A DNA stretch of 64,000 nucleotides. Source: the human T2T-CHM13v2.0 reference genome, Homo sapiens. Made by a program: the position numbers and the translations under genes. The DNA lies in assembly GCF_009914755.1 (NCBI RefSeq), contig NC_060925.1; one strand, 5' to 3'. Of the stretch, positions 27,581 to 43,379 are shown piece by piece; positions within the stretch are counted from its first letter, which is position 1; each line of letters starts with the position of its first letter. A model generated the notes under the pieces. The model worked only from the letters and a program-made list of their open reading frames with translations. It was not told the DNA's origin and searched no databases.

Positions 27581-28246
27581 CAGCACTGCTTGCCTAACTC
27601 CTGCAACTTAGTGGGAGTATAAGCACTGTAAGAAGTGTGTTCCACCATGGTAGGGGTGCCCTCGGCCTACTCCTGGGGCCCCATGGGCTGCTCATGTTCT
27701 GTCTTCTGGGAGATCATGGGGAGTGCAGAGGAGAAGCCTCCTCCTCCTCCTCAGCATCAGACAGAATGGGAGTTTCCAGCCAGATGGATGGGCTCAAGGT
27801 CGCACTGACTGCCGTCTCCAACTACTGTTCCAGGCTGTTTATCTGGGCCTCTAAGTGCCCTGTTTGTACCTGGAGGTCCCTTACCCCCAGGTCTTGCTCC
27901 AAGCTGTGCATTTGGGCCCCCAGGTGCACATCTTGTGCCTGGAGGTCCCTTGCTTGTGCAGCATCCTGCAGAGACTGAGCATGTACTTCCTGCAGTACAG
28001 TCAGAAACTCCAATCCGACGCTGCTGGCAAAGCTGCGCTCCTTCTTGGTACTGTGTGCTTCCAGCTGCTTCATTGCCTTCTTCACACTCATGGGAGGCCC
28101 TTCCACTTCTTCCCACGTTTCTGTTGGGGCCCATCCTAGAAGCACCACTGCATCTAGGTACCACAGCCCATGCTGTGGCCACATAGCCTACCTGGGACCC
28201 TCAGGGGCTGAAGACCCACTCACCTCATCCTGCTGACTCTGTCAAA
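27581..28246 (-). mobile_element. HERV-S/HERVL18 internal fragment: tRNA-Ser PBS, leader and gag-like 5' region
   Basis: PBS 28244-28227 TGACAGAGTCAGCAGGAT (14/18 match to tRNA-Ser PBS TGGCGTAGTCGGCAGGAT), splice donor GAGGTGAGT just downstream, and ORF 28184-27822 (MWPQHGLWY...). Confidence 0.8.
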
Positions 28247-28286
28247 TGTCAGGTTCCAGCCCTAGTTGGGGTCCGAGGGGATGGAG

Positions 28287-28811
28287 TGTAAGGAAAATAG
28301 ATATGCTTTGGTCTAGAATAGGCCGAGGCAGACATCCCGGCCAGGGTGATTCTGCGAGTTTTGGGCGCAGGCCCACAACTCTGCTTGTTATATAACCAGT
28401 TTGTGCAATCTTAAACTTGGCTCTGAGCCACCATTGTCCATAAATGGTATAACTACCCTGCTGACACTGTACATGAGGTGCGCACCCAGAGGCAGAGAGT
28501 GAAGCTGCTGACCCTGTAGGGAGAGCCAGCTGTCTTGCAGATGGACTGGGGGAAAGGGGAGCTAGGAATTAGCAAGTGTGCCAGTGAGTGCAGCTGTAAG
28601 TGTGAGAGTGACAGGAGCCACAGAGCCGGCGGCTAAGAGAGGCTGCAGCTAGAGAGCCAGAGCAGGCAGCCGAGACAAAGGCAGACAGTGTGAGAGAGCT
28701 GCTGAATAAAACCATGTCCCATCTACCTGCTGTCTCTCAAGTGTTCTTCCAGCTTCCTGCCCCCCTGTCCACCCACTCCCCTGGGACCTTAGCTGGGGCT
28801 TGAACCTGACA
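28287..28811 (+). mobile_element. Complete LTR18
   Basis: TGTAAGGAAAAT...AACCTGACA (TG...CA) with AATAAA at 28705. Confidence 0.88.
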
Positions 28812-30310
28812 CCACTGCCATCATCAATTCCAATGCCAAGAGTTTCATCACTGAAATTTGCCTTGGATCCACCAGAACTAATATCATTATGCTCTTTTTT
28901 CCTATTTTTGACTATAAATATATGCGACCCCACAATTCCAGACAGGTTTTTTACCTCTCGCTCTAATCCAACCCCTATGAAGCTTTGCACACCCTCAATC
29001 TTGCCCATTGTATTCACCTCACACTCAAACTTCAATCTTGTTCCTATGCCCTCTAAAATTCACAGTTTGCCAAATCCCTACATCATTAAATTCGTTTCTA
29101 AACTTTGTCCTAAGTTTCTAGTTCTAATAGAAACCTAGCCTTTTCTATCTTGCTCTCCCATAATGAAAATGTGTTCCCAAAAGCCCTCTAAAATATTGGT
29201 GATTTTTTCTCCCATATCATTTATTCCAATAGACCTGAAAAATTGGTAGGCATCTTTCTTTAATCCTTATGTCTACTTTTTAAGTTTCCTCCTTTTATTA
29301 TTAGTAAATTCTTCAATTTTGAATTTCATGTAATTAGGTTATATACCTAATTACCCCTCATTGTTGTTATCTAACTACCCCTGCGTTATTCCTTCTGAAG
29401 GAGATATTATGATGGATGCAGAAATCAGAGTGATGTCATAGCTTGGAAGGGGTCCACAGGCCAAGAAATACCAGGAGTCTTGTAGACGCTCTAAAAAGAA
29501 TTGAACAGATTTTCTTCTAGAGATCCCAGAAAGCATACGTAAAATGTACTTTTAAGTTACAACCCAGAACTGTACAAGAATATATTTGTGTTGTTTTAAA
29601 CTACTAAATTTGGGTTAATTTGTTACAGCAGCAATAAGATGCTAACACATCTTCTAAGATGGAAACTTGCATTTTCCTTTTGCACCTATGAAATTTATTT
29701 TCAATATAAATGTCAGAGTAATTTTTTAACACATAGGTAAAATTATGTTCCTTATCAGGTGAAAATTCTGCAATGTTTTTCTGTTTTACTCAGAGTAAAA
29801 GTTGAAATCTTTACATGAGGTGCACTGCTACCTTTCTGATTTTCTCCCTTGCTCTTTCTACTTCAACCACTATGAACTCCTTACTATTTCTCAAACATAT
29901 CAGGCACACTCTTACTTCAAGAATTTGTTTTCTTCTTGTATTTTCTTCTTGGAACACTTTCCCCTTAGATATACCTAGATGAATACCTCACCTCCTTCAA
30001 AGATGTGCCGAATTTTCACCACTTCAAGGAAGACTACATGAAATCCGTCCCTCTGCCACCTATTTCCTTTCCCTGACATGCTTCTGCTCTAATTTTGGTT
30101 TGTTTGATTTTGTTTCCATTGTAGCATTTATCACATTATTGCATAGTAAAATAATATTTATTATGCTTATCATTCATTTTCTGTGAAGCCCATTAGAACA
30201 TAAATTCCATAAGGTTAGCAATCCTAGTCATGAAAGTGACGTAAGTGCTTAGAACAATGTTTGATATATACAAGGTGTTACAGAATTATTTTTAATAAAA
30301 AAATTAATTC
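28812..30310 (+). mobile_element. L2 fragments (endonuclease-like region and 3' end) interrupted by an MLT1 LTR fragment at about 29400-29650
   Basis: C/T-rich L2-like sequence; MLT1 end motif TTTGTGTTGTTTTAA..AATTTGTTACAGCAGCAATA..CTAACACA. Confidence 0.55.
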
Positions 30311-30585
30311 AGGGACTTCTATGTAGCAGGCACTGTACCATGAGCTATATTTATAACAGCATATAAAATAAGTGTAGTCTACCTTGCCTGAAGGAAACAG
30401 GCAGGGAAAATAAAAGGCAATTAGTCAAATTATGAGTATCATTATATGTGGAGCCAAGTTTTTACATGAGCAGATAGAAAAAGCATTTTACTGGTTTGGA
30501 GGACATCAGTGAGGATTGCCTTGAGGAGATGACTGCAACATGAAACACGAAAGAATATTTGCAAGATAAAAGATAACCAGATGAA

Positions 30586-31091
<506 letters not shown>

Positions 31092-31326
31092 TTACCTATA
31101 GCAGTGGGGACACGCTGAATGGTCTTAAGCAGGGAAGCTAAAATGATTATATAGTTGTTTTAAAAAGTGATTAATTGTTTCAGTTATTGGGAAGAACTCA
31201 CAAAAAGTAAGCTCTATAACGAGACTCTATGATAAACTTGGAAATCATTATTTCAGTAGAGTGATGGCCATGGATGCTATGAAAGTGAAAAAGTAATGAA
31301 AGTGACCATTAAAAAATTTAAGAATT

Positions 31327-31634
<308 letters not shown>

Positions 31635-31759
31635 ATCCAATAATTTCTGGTGAATACAGAGATTTAGAATTTAGTGGAATAAGTAAGGTTTATGGAAAGT
31701 CTAAGAAAAGTTGTTTGCATTTCTGGATTTTTAGGGTTATATTTTAGAAAGAAAACAGG

Positions 31760-34500
<2,741 letters not shown>

Positions 34501-34589
34501 TCCTGATGTTGAATAAAGGTGAAATACTTCTTGCTAATCTCTTCCAAAGTTGCATATTTAAGAGAAAAAATATTTTTAAGGCTCTAAAT

Positions 34590-35330
34590 TTTGGGGTTGT
34601 TTTCATGGTGACTGGAAGCGTTTTGTTGTAGAAAATATTTAAAACATGTGCAAGTGTCTTAAGGACCAGCTGGTTAGATGAAGCTTGAAGGATGTTTAGA
34701 GAGTGTTGATCAGAGCCTAAAACGCTTCAAGGAGTCAGTTTCTGTAGCCTAATGTTGTTGAAGAAAATATCAGTGGAGGCTTAGAGGAACAGGAGGAACA
34801 TGTGAGAAACTAGAGGAAGTGGGATTTTCATTATGTACGTTAGGAATTAAAAGTGTCAGCTTTGTTAACCTGAAAAATTAAAAAAAAACATACCTAAGAA
34901 ATGGGTAATTTATTTAAAGATATTTCAAAATAGAACCATCAATGTACCACCTGGATTTTATCCACTACCTATAATAAAATGAAAGGGAGAAGAAATAGAC
35001 TGAAAATTTAATTATTCAATTTTTAAGTAAAGTTGTCAAAAAATTGAAAGGAACCAGTACTAGGTAGTTTCAAAATTAAAATTATGTTTCTTATTCTCAG
35101 GCCTTCCACTATTTTCAGGTGAAAAAAGGGCATTGGCGCAAAGGTGAAATGCCAGATGAGAATATGTAACCCTCCATGAAATGTCAGAAAGGCATAAGCA
35201 GTTCCTTAGAGGATGATTGTCAGAAAATTACCACTGACACATCTCTCTATCCAACAACAGACCTTCTAAGAAACTTCACTATGTTGCCCAAAGCAGCCTT
35301 TCAAGTATTCGAAGGGAAAGCAAGGATTAT
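34590..35330 (+). mobile_element. Degenerate MaLR internal (MLT1-int-like) fragment
   Basis: Weak resemblance (ACTGGAAG..TTTTG, GAAACTAGAGGAAG.GGGAT..TCATTATGTA). Confidence 0.4.
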
Positions 35331-38011
35331 CCTGATGGGATCTGTTGGTCTTAGGTAGGTCAGACTACAGCCCGGGTTGATAAACTCAAGAGTCAAAGAA
35401 CTATATATGAACCTTAGAATATAGAACCTAGAACACTAGCATCAGAATAGTTTATCACTTCAAATACTGCAAAATAACTCCTCAGATCAGATCTCTGTTC
35501 TTAAAGGACACACAGTTTAGGAGCAGATGCTCCTTAAATTAAAATTTACAGGCCCTAAAAATTTAGAGATGGAGGAGAATAAAATACCCTAATCTACTTA
35601 GCCCCATGATTTTTCTCAGCTTTTCATTTTCACAGAGTTTTCCTACAGCCTTGATTTTACACGAGTATACCAGTGGTGGAAAGTTGAGTTATTACTAATA
35701 CTGGATGTAACTTTTTGCTGCAGAGCATGGTCCAGGGGAAGCAAACAAAACTCCAACTCCTCACCTCTCTTACCTTCCATAGCCTGCTTCTTACCCCAGG
35801 ACAAAACCTCCAGCCTCATATCACATATCAATGCAGAACTTGTCTCACAATTTTCTTGGTTCCTCCAGAGTTGCAGGGCAGCTTGTTCTGCTTCCTAACA
35901 TTTGAGCTCTTTATTTACACTTTCTACCAAAGATTATATTAATTATTAGATAATATGAAGAATGATTTTCCACTACTAGTAATGATCCTTTGTTTTAACT
36001 ATTTCCATAATCCTAAGAAGAATAGAAAAAGAGAGTTTCTCCCAAACTTAAATTTCAGGAAAGCTAGCTAGTCAGTACTATCCTGGGGTTGAATTTATCT
36101 GCTTCCGTTTTATATTGAGGTGGTTGATACTAATGATATATGATTGTAATATTTTCTTTACCATTCAAATCATTGAGACTTAAACCTTCTCTAGTAATTA
36201 CAAGAAATATATATTAAGAATGCATTTTTTAATCTCATAGAGCAAACTATAAATACAGAATAACTCTTATGCAGTGGTAGCATATCATTTATATGATCGC
36301 TTCTTTTTTAGATTATTATATAATTATTACTGAAAGGCGGACATTTTTTAGCGCATTTTACACTCCAATTTCATTTTCTTAAAAAGTTATCTGGTGGAAA
36401 AATAGTTATCTCAACTCCAGCTGATGTGGCGTTCTTCAGTTCTTCTTAAGAGGTGTGAAGAGAAAAATAGCAGGAGTGTTGGTATTTAAGACATATTAAA
36501 ATATTGGCTTTGTTAACTCTCAAAGATAGGAGGAAGAGGGGATTGGTCTCTATCTGGCTCAGCAACAATAAAGAATTGGTGAAAAAAAAAAAAACACAAT
36601 TACTTCAAGTTCAACAATAACAGTATTCTAAGGCATTAGATACAATTATACCATTTGTTTGACCCAACCTGAAAAATCATTCATTATAGTCAATTCCTAA
36701 TTAACCTTAGCAGTCCAAGGATTATGTTTCTGCTTCACGTAAATTGTAACTTAAATCTTGTATTCTTTTTCAGGCCTGCCATTTTCATTCCATGTATGAG
36801 GTGCTCTATTAATTAAAGTATCCTAGGTTTGCTGCCTGTGGTCTTATGGGTTTTTTTTTTAATTTTTCTATGAAGTGTCTGTTCAAATCTTTCTTTGCAT
36901 ATTTAAATTAAACATGATTCCTCAATCCAGGGTTAGAATTGGTTTATCTTTATCCAAGCTTCAGAAAGCAGTTAGGTGTAACTGCCATTGTTTCTTAGGA
37001 AAAAGAGAAGAGAAATCTCTTTCAGTGAATCAGACGCTGGGTTTCCCACATGGACCAGTGAAATGAACCTTCTGAGGGTTAAGAGTGTACAGACAGGTGG
37101 TGCTGACAAGTAGGGCAGTTAACAATTTAAGACAGTTTCTCAGAAGAATAAAATAAATTAAGTTCGTGAAGGTCATATCTGGACATTGTAACTGTTGGGC
37201 AGATTGCACTTCATGTACCATTGGGACTTTAAATAGTATTATAACATGGAACTAAGTAAGCCATTCCTTCTAGATATATTTTATTACCATGTTATATATT
37301 AATAATTCTTCTTACACTATAAAATTATTCATTCTATAGTAAGATATTTCAGTTTGAAACATTACCTTTCACTTTTTTTGTCAGACCTTAAGAGCAAGCT
37401 CTATTATTTATATGTTTTTTCCAGAATCTACAACTTCAGCTCTTTTTACAAGGCTGGCTTCTTGTTTAGGTTGACTATGGCAATAGGTAAAAGTTGACAG
37501 CTCAAATATTATGAACAATAACTCCAATAGTGGCAATGTTTCCGAGAGTTGCTACCCCTGGAATAGAACTGTCTGTTTCTCACCAGTGATATCTATGCCT
37601 TCCTATCCCAATTTGGCCAACTTTGGAGTCTAAAGACGTCTAATGTTTAATGGGCGTAAGGACTTTGGACTACATTTTATAAACCTACAGGTCATTCAGA
37701 TACTTAGTATCCAAAATACTCAGTTTGTACTGTGCTTTAGTAATATTTAACAGTTTTACAACTCTGGACTTCAAGTAATTTGAGGGTCTTGCTATTCGAA
37801 TCACAAAATATTCACTGATTATTATATCCTCTTTAAATAAATATTTATTTTTAATTTTTATCTGTTGCTAATAAGGTTCTAATTATAATTGGCACCTGCT
37901 CCAGTGCATTTGGTTATCAACTTTAATTTTTACAATTTTAGATTTTTTTTTTCACAATTTAGGATTGTCTTCATAAAGCAAACTCCAACTAAGAACTACT
38001 TCTTGATATTA

Positions 38012-38396
<385 letters not shown>

Positions 38397-38540
38397 TCAT
38401 AAGGGGTTACCTAAAATGCTGAGTTACAAACTTTCTTCTCCAGAGGTAACTGCCTCGTGTATTAGATAGAAACATGCAGATGAGTAGGCCAATGCCAGTA
38501 CAGTGAAGCTTCAACTTAAAATTGTATGTGACATGAAGTT

Positions 38541-39042
38541 TGTGCATTAGTTTACCCTATCAATGCTAGAAGACATTATCACAAATTTAGTAACTTACAC
38601 AATTACTAATATTACTATATCTTACAATTCTGGGGGGCCAAAATCTGAAACAGGTTTTTCTGGGCTAAAATTAAGGTGCTGACAGAATTTTGTTCTTTCT
38701 GGAAGCTCTGGGGAGAATCTATTTCTTTCCCTTTCCCAATTTCTGGAGGCTTTCTCTATTTCTTTTCATTTCTGGCCCTTTCTTCAGTCAGCAGTGTGGC
38801 ATCTTCAAATCTCTCTCTGACCTGCTCTTCTTCTTCCCTCCTTCACTTTAATGGTATTTGTGATGATAACATTAGGTCCACCCAGATAAACAAGAACACT
38901 CTGTATATTTTAAGGTCAATTTATTAGCAACCTTAACTCTATCTGCAACATTAATCCTCCCTTGTCATGTAACATAGCATATTCATAGGCTCTGGGGATT
39001 AGAACATGAACTTCCTTGGAGGCCAAATGTTCTTTTACAATA
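38541..39042 (-). mobile_element. MLT1 (MLT1C-like) LTR
   Basis: GGGCTAAAATTAAGGTG..CTGGAAGCTCTGGGGAGAATC..CACCCAGATAA..GGGGATTAGAACATG. Confidence 0.8.
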
Positions 39043-39192
39043 CTTTCTAAAAGTATTTATGAAATATATGAAACTTAATGGTCTGTAATGATTTAGTATT
39101 TTAGACTTTATATTTAAACTTTTAGATTTCTAATAATCTTTTATATTTAAAATATATACAATATTAAAATACATCTAAAATGCATACACACA

Positions 39193-40108
39193 CAGAGGCA
39201 TACCTTGTCTTATTGTGCTTCACAGATACTGAGTTTTGTACAAATTGAAGGTTTGTGGCAACCCTTTGTCGAGCAGGTCTATTAGTGCCATTTTTCTAAC
39301 AGCAATTGCTACTTTTGTTTCTCTGTGTCACATTTTTGTAATTCTCACAACAGTATAAACTTTCCAAACTGTTATATTTGATGTGGTGATCTGTCATCAG
39401 TGATCTTTGGTGTCACTACTGCAATTGCAGATGTGGTGGAAATAGCAAGAGAACTAAAATTAGAAGCGGAGCCTGAAGATGTGACTGAATTGTTAGAATC
39501 TCATGATTAAACTTGAACAGATGAGAGGTTTCTTCACATGAATGAGCAAAGAAAGTGGTTTCTTGAAACAAAAAACTATTCTTGATGAAGATGCTGTGAA
39601 CATTGTTAGAATAACAAAAAACAATTTAGAAAATTCCATAAACTTAGTCGATAAAGCAGAAGCAGGGTTTGAAAGGGTTGACTCCAATTTTGAAAGAAGT
39701 TCTATTGGGGATTAAATGTTATCAAACACCATCACAAGCTACAGAGAAATATTTTGTAAAAGGAAATATTTTGTAAAATCCATTTACAAACTTTAAGAAA
39801 TTGTTACAGCTACCCAACTTTCAGTCAATCAGCAGCCACCAACACTGAGGCAAGATCCTCTACTATTTGTGGCTCCCTAAAGGATCAGATGATTGTTAGC
39901 ATTTTTTAGCAATGAAGTATTTTTAAACTGAAGTATTTACATTATGGTTTTTAGACAAAATACTATTGCATACATAAAAGACTACAGTATAGTGTAAACA
40001 TAGCTTTTATATGTGCTGGGGAACCAAAGTTTTGTGTGACTTGCTTTCTTACAGTATTTTCTTTATTACAGTGGTCTAGTACCAAACCTGCAGTATCTCT
40101 AAGGATGC

Positions 40109-40113
<5 letters not shown>
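39193..40113 (+). mobile_element. Tigger1 internal-deletion derivative with both TIRs
   Basis: AGGCATACCTTG..ACAAATTGAAGGTTTGTGGCAACCCT 5' end; junction near 39425; transposase 3' part (GCAGATGTGGTGGAAATAGCAAGAGAAC); 3' end ATCTCTAAGGATGCCT. Confidence 0.9.

Positions 40114-40154
<41 letters not shown>
40112..40154 (+). repeat. (TG)n microsatellite, about 21 units
   Basis: Direct observation. Confidence 0.97.
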
Positions 40155-40160
<6 letters not shown>

Positions 40161-40944
40161 GCAATCATGAGTTTTGAAACAGAATGAGTTAGGTTTTTAA
40201 TTAGGCTCAATTGCTCTCTGTTTGACCTTGGTCATGTTACTTAAACTCAGGAAAATGACAAAACTACCTAAATCGCCGGGAAGTACTGAATTTTGGGAAG
40301 TAAAGTTTTTATCACAGCAGTTCACACATTGTAAAAGCTTAATTAATGTCACCTATTATTATTTGTGCTGAATACTATTCTAAAGCTTTTTTTTTTTACA
40401 AAGCTGCATAAATATTTTTAACTGTAACATACATAATAATGTGCAATTAAGTATACAGATCACAGAAATTTTATAAATTAAGCATACTTGTACAACTCAT
40501 ATCTGAACAAAAAGAAAGAATATGGGTAACACAAGTTTTGCTTGTACTCTGCTACTTCTTAGGTAATCACTATCCTGACTTTTCACAACATAAATTAGAC
40601 TTATGTCTAATATGTCTAATGCTGTATTTGTACTTTATATAAATGAAATGCTTCAGTGGATACTTTTTTGTGTTAGACTTCTTTGGCTCAAGATTATGTC
40701 TCTAAAACTCATCCATATGGTTTGAAGTAGTTGCAGCTGTTTCTTTTCATTGTTCTATACTATTCCAGTATAAAATTTCATTGTGTGAAGGTAAATTTTT
40801 AAATATATTCTTTGCTGGTAGACATTGGGCTGTTTGGTGTTTGGTTATTACACATAGTGTGGTTCTGGATACTACAGTATTTATCTTCTTGTTAACATAT
40901 GTATGCTTTTTGTTAGGTATAACTGTGACACTGGATTTACTGGA

Positions 40945-41437
40945 TGTGCTAGACAAAATAATGCCCCCCACCCAACCCAAGATGTCCACATCCTAATTCC
41001 TGGAACCTGTATTCCTATTATCTTATATGGCAAAAGGAATTTTGTGTATGTGATTAAGTTAAGGATTTTGAGATGGAGAATTTATCTCAGATTATTTAGG
41101 TAGGCCCAACCTAATTACATGGGTTCTTAAAATCTGTGAAAGTGTCCTGGCGGAATTCAGAGTGAAAGTAAACTACAATTACAGAAGATCAATTAAAGAC
41201 AGCTGCAACCATTCTGGCTTTGAAGATGAAGGAAGGGATCCAAAAGCCAAGAGATGTCTTTTAAAAGCTGGATAAACAAGGAAATGGCTTTTACTCAAGA
41301 TCCTCTATTAAAGAACCTTGATTTTAGTCTAATAAAATTTGTGTTGTACTTCTACAGAATTGTAAGAGAATACATCTATGTTGTTTTGTCATTAATTTTG
41401 TGATAACATTTAATAACAATAATTGAAAATGAATACA
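40945..41437 (+). mobile_element. MLT1D/E-like solo LTR nested in an antisense L1ME (about 40400-42530)
   Basis: AAGATGTCCACATCCTAATTCCTGGAACCTGT..GGCAAAAGGAATTTTG..AATGAATACA. Confidence 0.82.
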
Positions 41438-43017
41438 CTAGGTGATTGAAGAGGCATATGTTCAGTCTATGTAGCACGCAACATATTTTTTAAATGGTTG
41501 ATCAAATTACAGTTTAACTTGCAGTGTGTGAGAGTTTCGGTTGCTTCCCACCTCTACCAAAACTTACTATTTTCTACCTTTTGCCTTTTACTCATTCTAG
41601 TGGATGTATGGTGCTGTCTCATTGTAGTTTTTATTTGAATTACTCTAACGGTTAATGCCATTAAAAACTTATTCATATGTTTATTGACCATATGAATATA
41701 CTCCTTTGTGAAATGTTTTTAAGTCTGAAGGATTTCAGTTTATTTTAAATTTGTCAAGGTTGTTTTAAATTATTTTCCTGTCAGTATAGCTTGATTGTCT
41801 TAACCTTTTATTTACAGTATGTAGTCCATATTTTATGAAATAATTCATATAATGGGGTTTATAGTTGCTATTTTATTACTTGTTTCCTACTGGATAAATC
41901 TGTTGTCTTTTTAAAAATCTGCTTAGTTTAAATATAATTTACATTAAAATTACACCCTTTCTAAGGGTATAGTTTTATGAGTTCTAAAATACATACATGT
42001 ATATTTGTATAACTTTACCCAAAATCAAGATGTAAAGCATTTCTCTCACCCTAAAAAGTACCACCATGCCCCTTTAAAATCATTCATCTACACTTCTGGC
42101 AGCAAGAAACACAAATCTGCTTCCTGTCAATATAGACTTATTTCGTGTTTTCTTGATATGATTTGTCTTTTTTTTTTTTGAATTTCATATGAGCATGCAT
42201 TATTTTGTCTGGCTTCTTTCACACAGCACAATACTTTAGAGATGTGCCTATGTTGTTGTGTATATTAGTCATTTGTTATTTTAAACTCATATTACAAAGT
42301 GGGAGATTCTATTATCTCATGTTCCCATCAACAATTGATATCATTAATTTTATTTATTTTAAATTTAATCATATTTTAAAGGAAGCAGCCTTTCAATGTA
42401 GTCTTAGTTAGCATTTCCCTGATAACTAATTATGCTGAATATCTTTCTATGTGTTTACTGGGGATGCATATATTTCCTTTAGTGAAATGCTTTTCTTCAA
42501 ATTGTTCTTACCCAATTTTTGGATATTTTAACTTCATTAATTTTTATTTATTTGTTTTAATTGATGAGTAAAAAATTTATATATAGCCATTTTGCCATGT
42601 ATAAATTAAGTTAATTAACACATTACTATTACTTCATATATTTACCTTATATCCTTATCACTTATTTTGTAGTAAGAACACAAAATTTACTCTGAACATA
42701 TTCAGTTATGTAATAAATTATTATTAACTATAATCATCATGATGTACAATAGATTTCTTAAACCTATTTTTCCTAACTGAAATTTTGTGTCTTTTGACTA
42801 ACACTTTCCCAATCACCACCAGTTCTAATAATAACTACTGTACTTTCTTCTTTCGTGATGTGACATTTTTTGATTCTACATAGAAGTGAGATCATGGAGT
42901 ATTTGTCTTTCTGTGCCTCACTTATTCAATTGACATGATAGTTTCTAGGTTCATCCTGCAATGTGTTATAAGTGACAGAATTTTCTTTTTTAAGGATGAA
43001 TAGTATTCCATTGTGTA

Positions 43018-43379
43018 TATATTTGTCTGTTCTCATACTACTAATAAAGACATACCCAAGACTGGGTAACTTATAAAGGAAAGAGGTTTAATGGACTCAC
43101 AGCTCCATGTGGCTGGGGAGGCCTCAAAATCATGGCAGAAGGCAAAGAAGAGAAAATCATGTCTTACATGGATGACAGCAAGCAAAGAGAGAGAACTTGT
43201 GCAGGAGAACTCCTCTCTGTAAAACCATCAGATCTCATGAGACTTATTCACTATCATGAGAAGAGCATGGAAAAGACTTGCCCTGATGCTTCGATTATCT
43301 GCCACTGGGTTTCTCCCATGACAGGTGGGAATTGTGGGAGCTACAATTCAAGATTTAGTGACACAACCAAACCATATCA
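43018..43379 (-). mobile_element. THE1 (THE1B/C-like) solo LTR inserted in L1MA
   Basis: Perfect TSD GTGTA at 43013-43017 and 43380-43384; ends CAAACCATATCA. Confidence 0.92.

Noticed and set aside
28649-29138. ORFs of 128 and 112 aa on opposite strands
   Set aside because: They span an LTR/L2 junction, have non-ATG starts and no recognisable domain.
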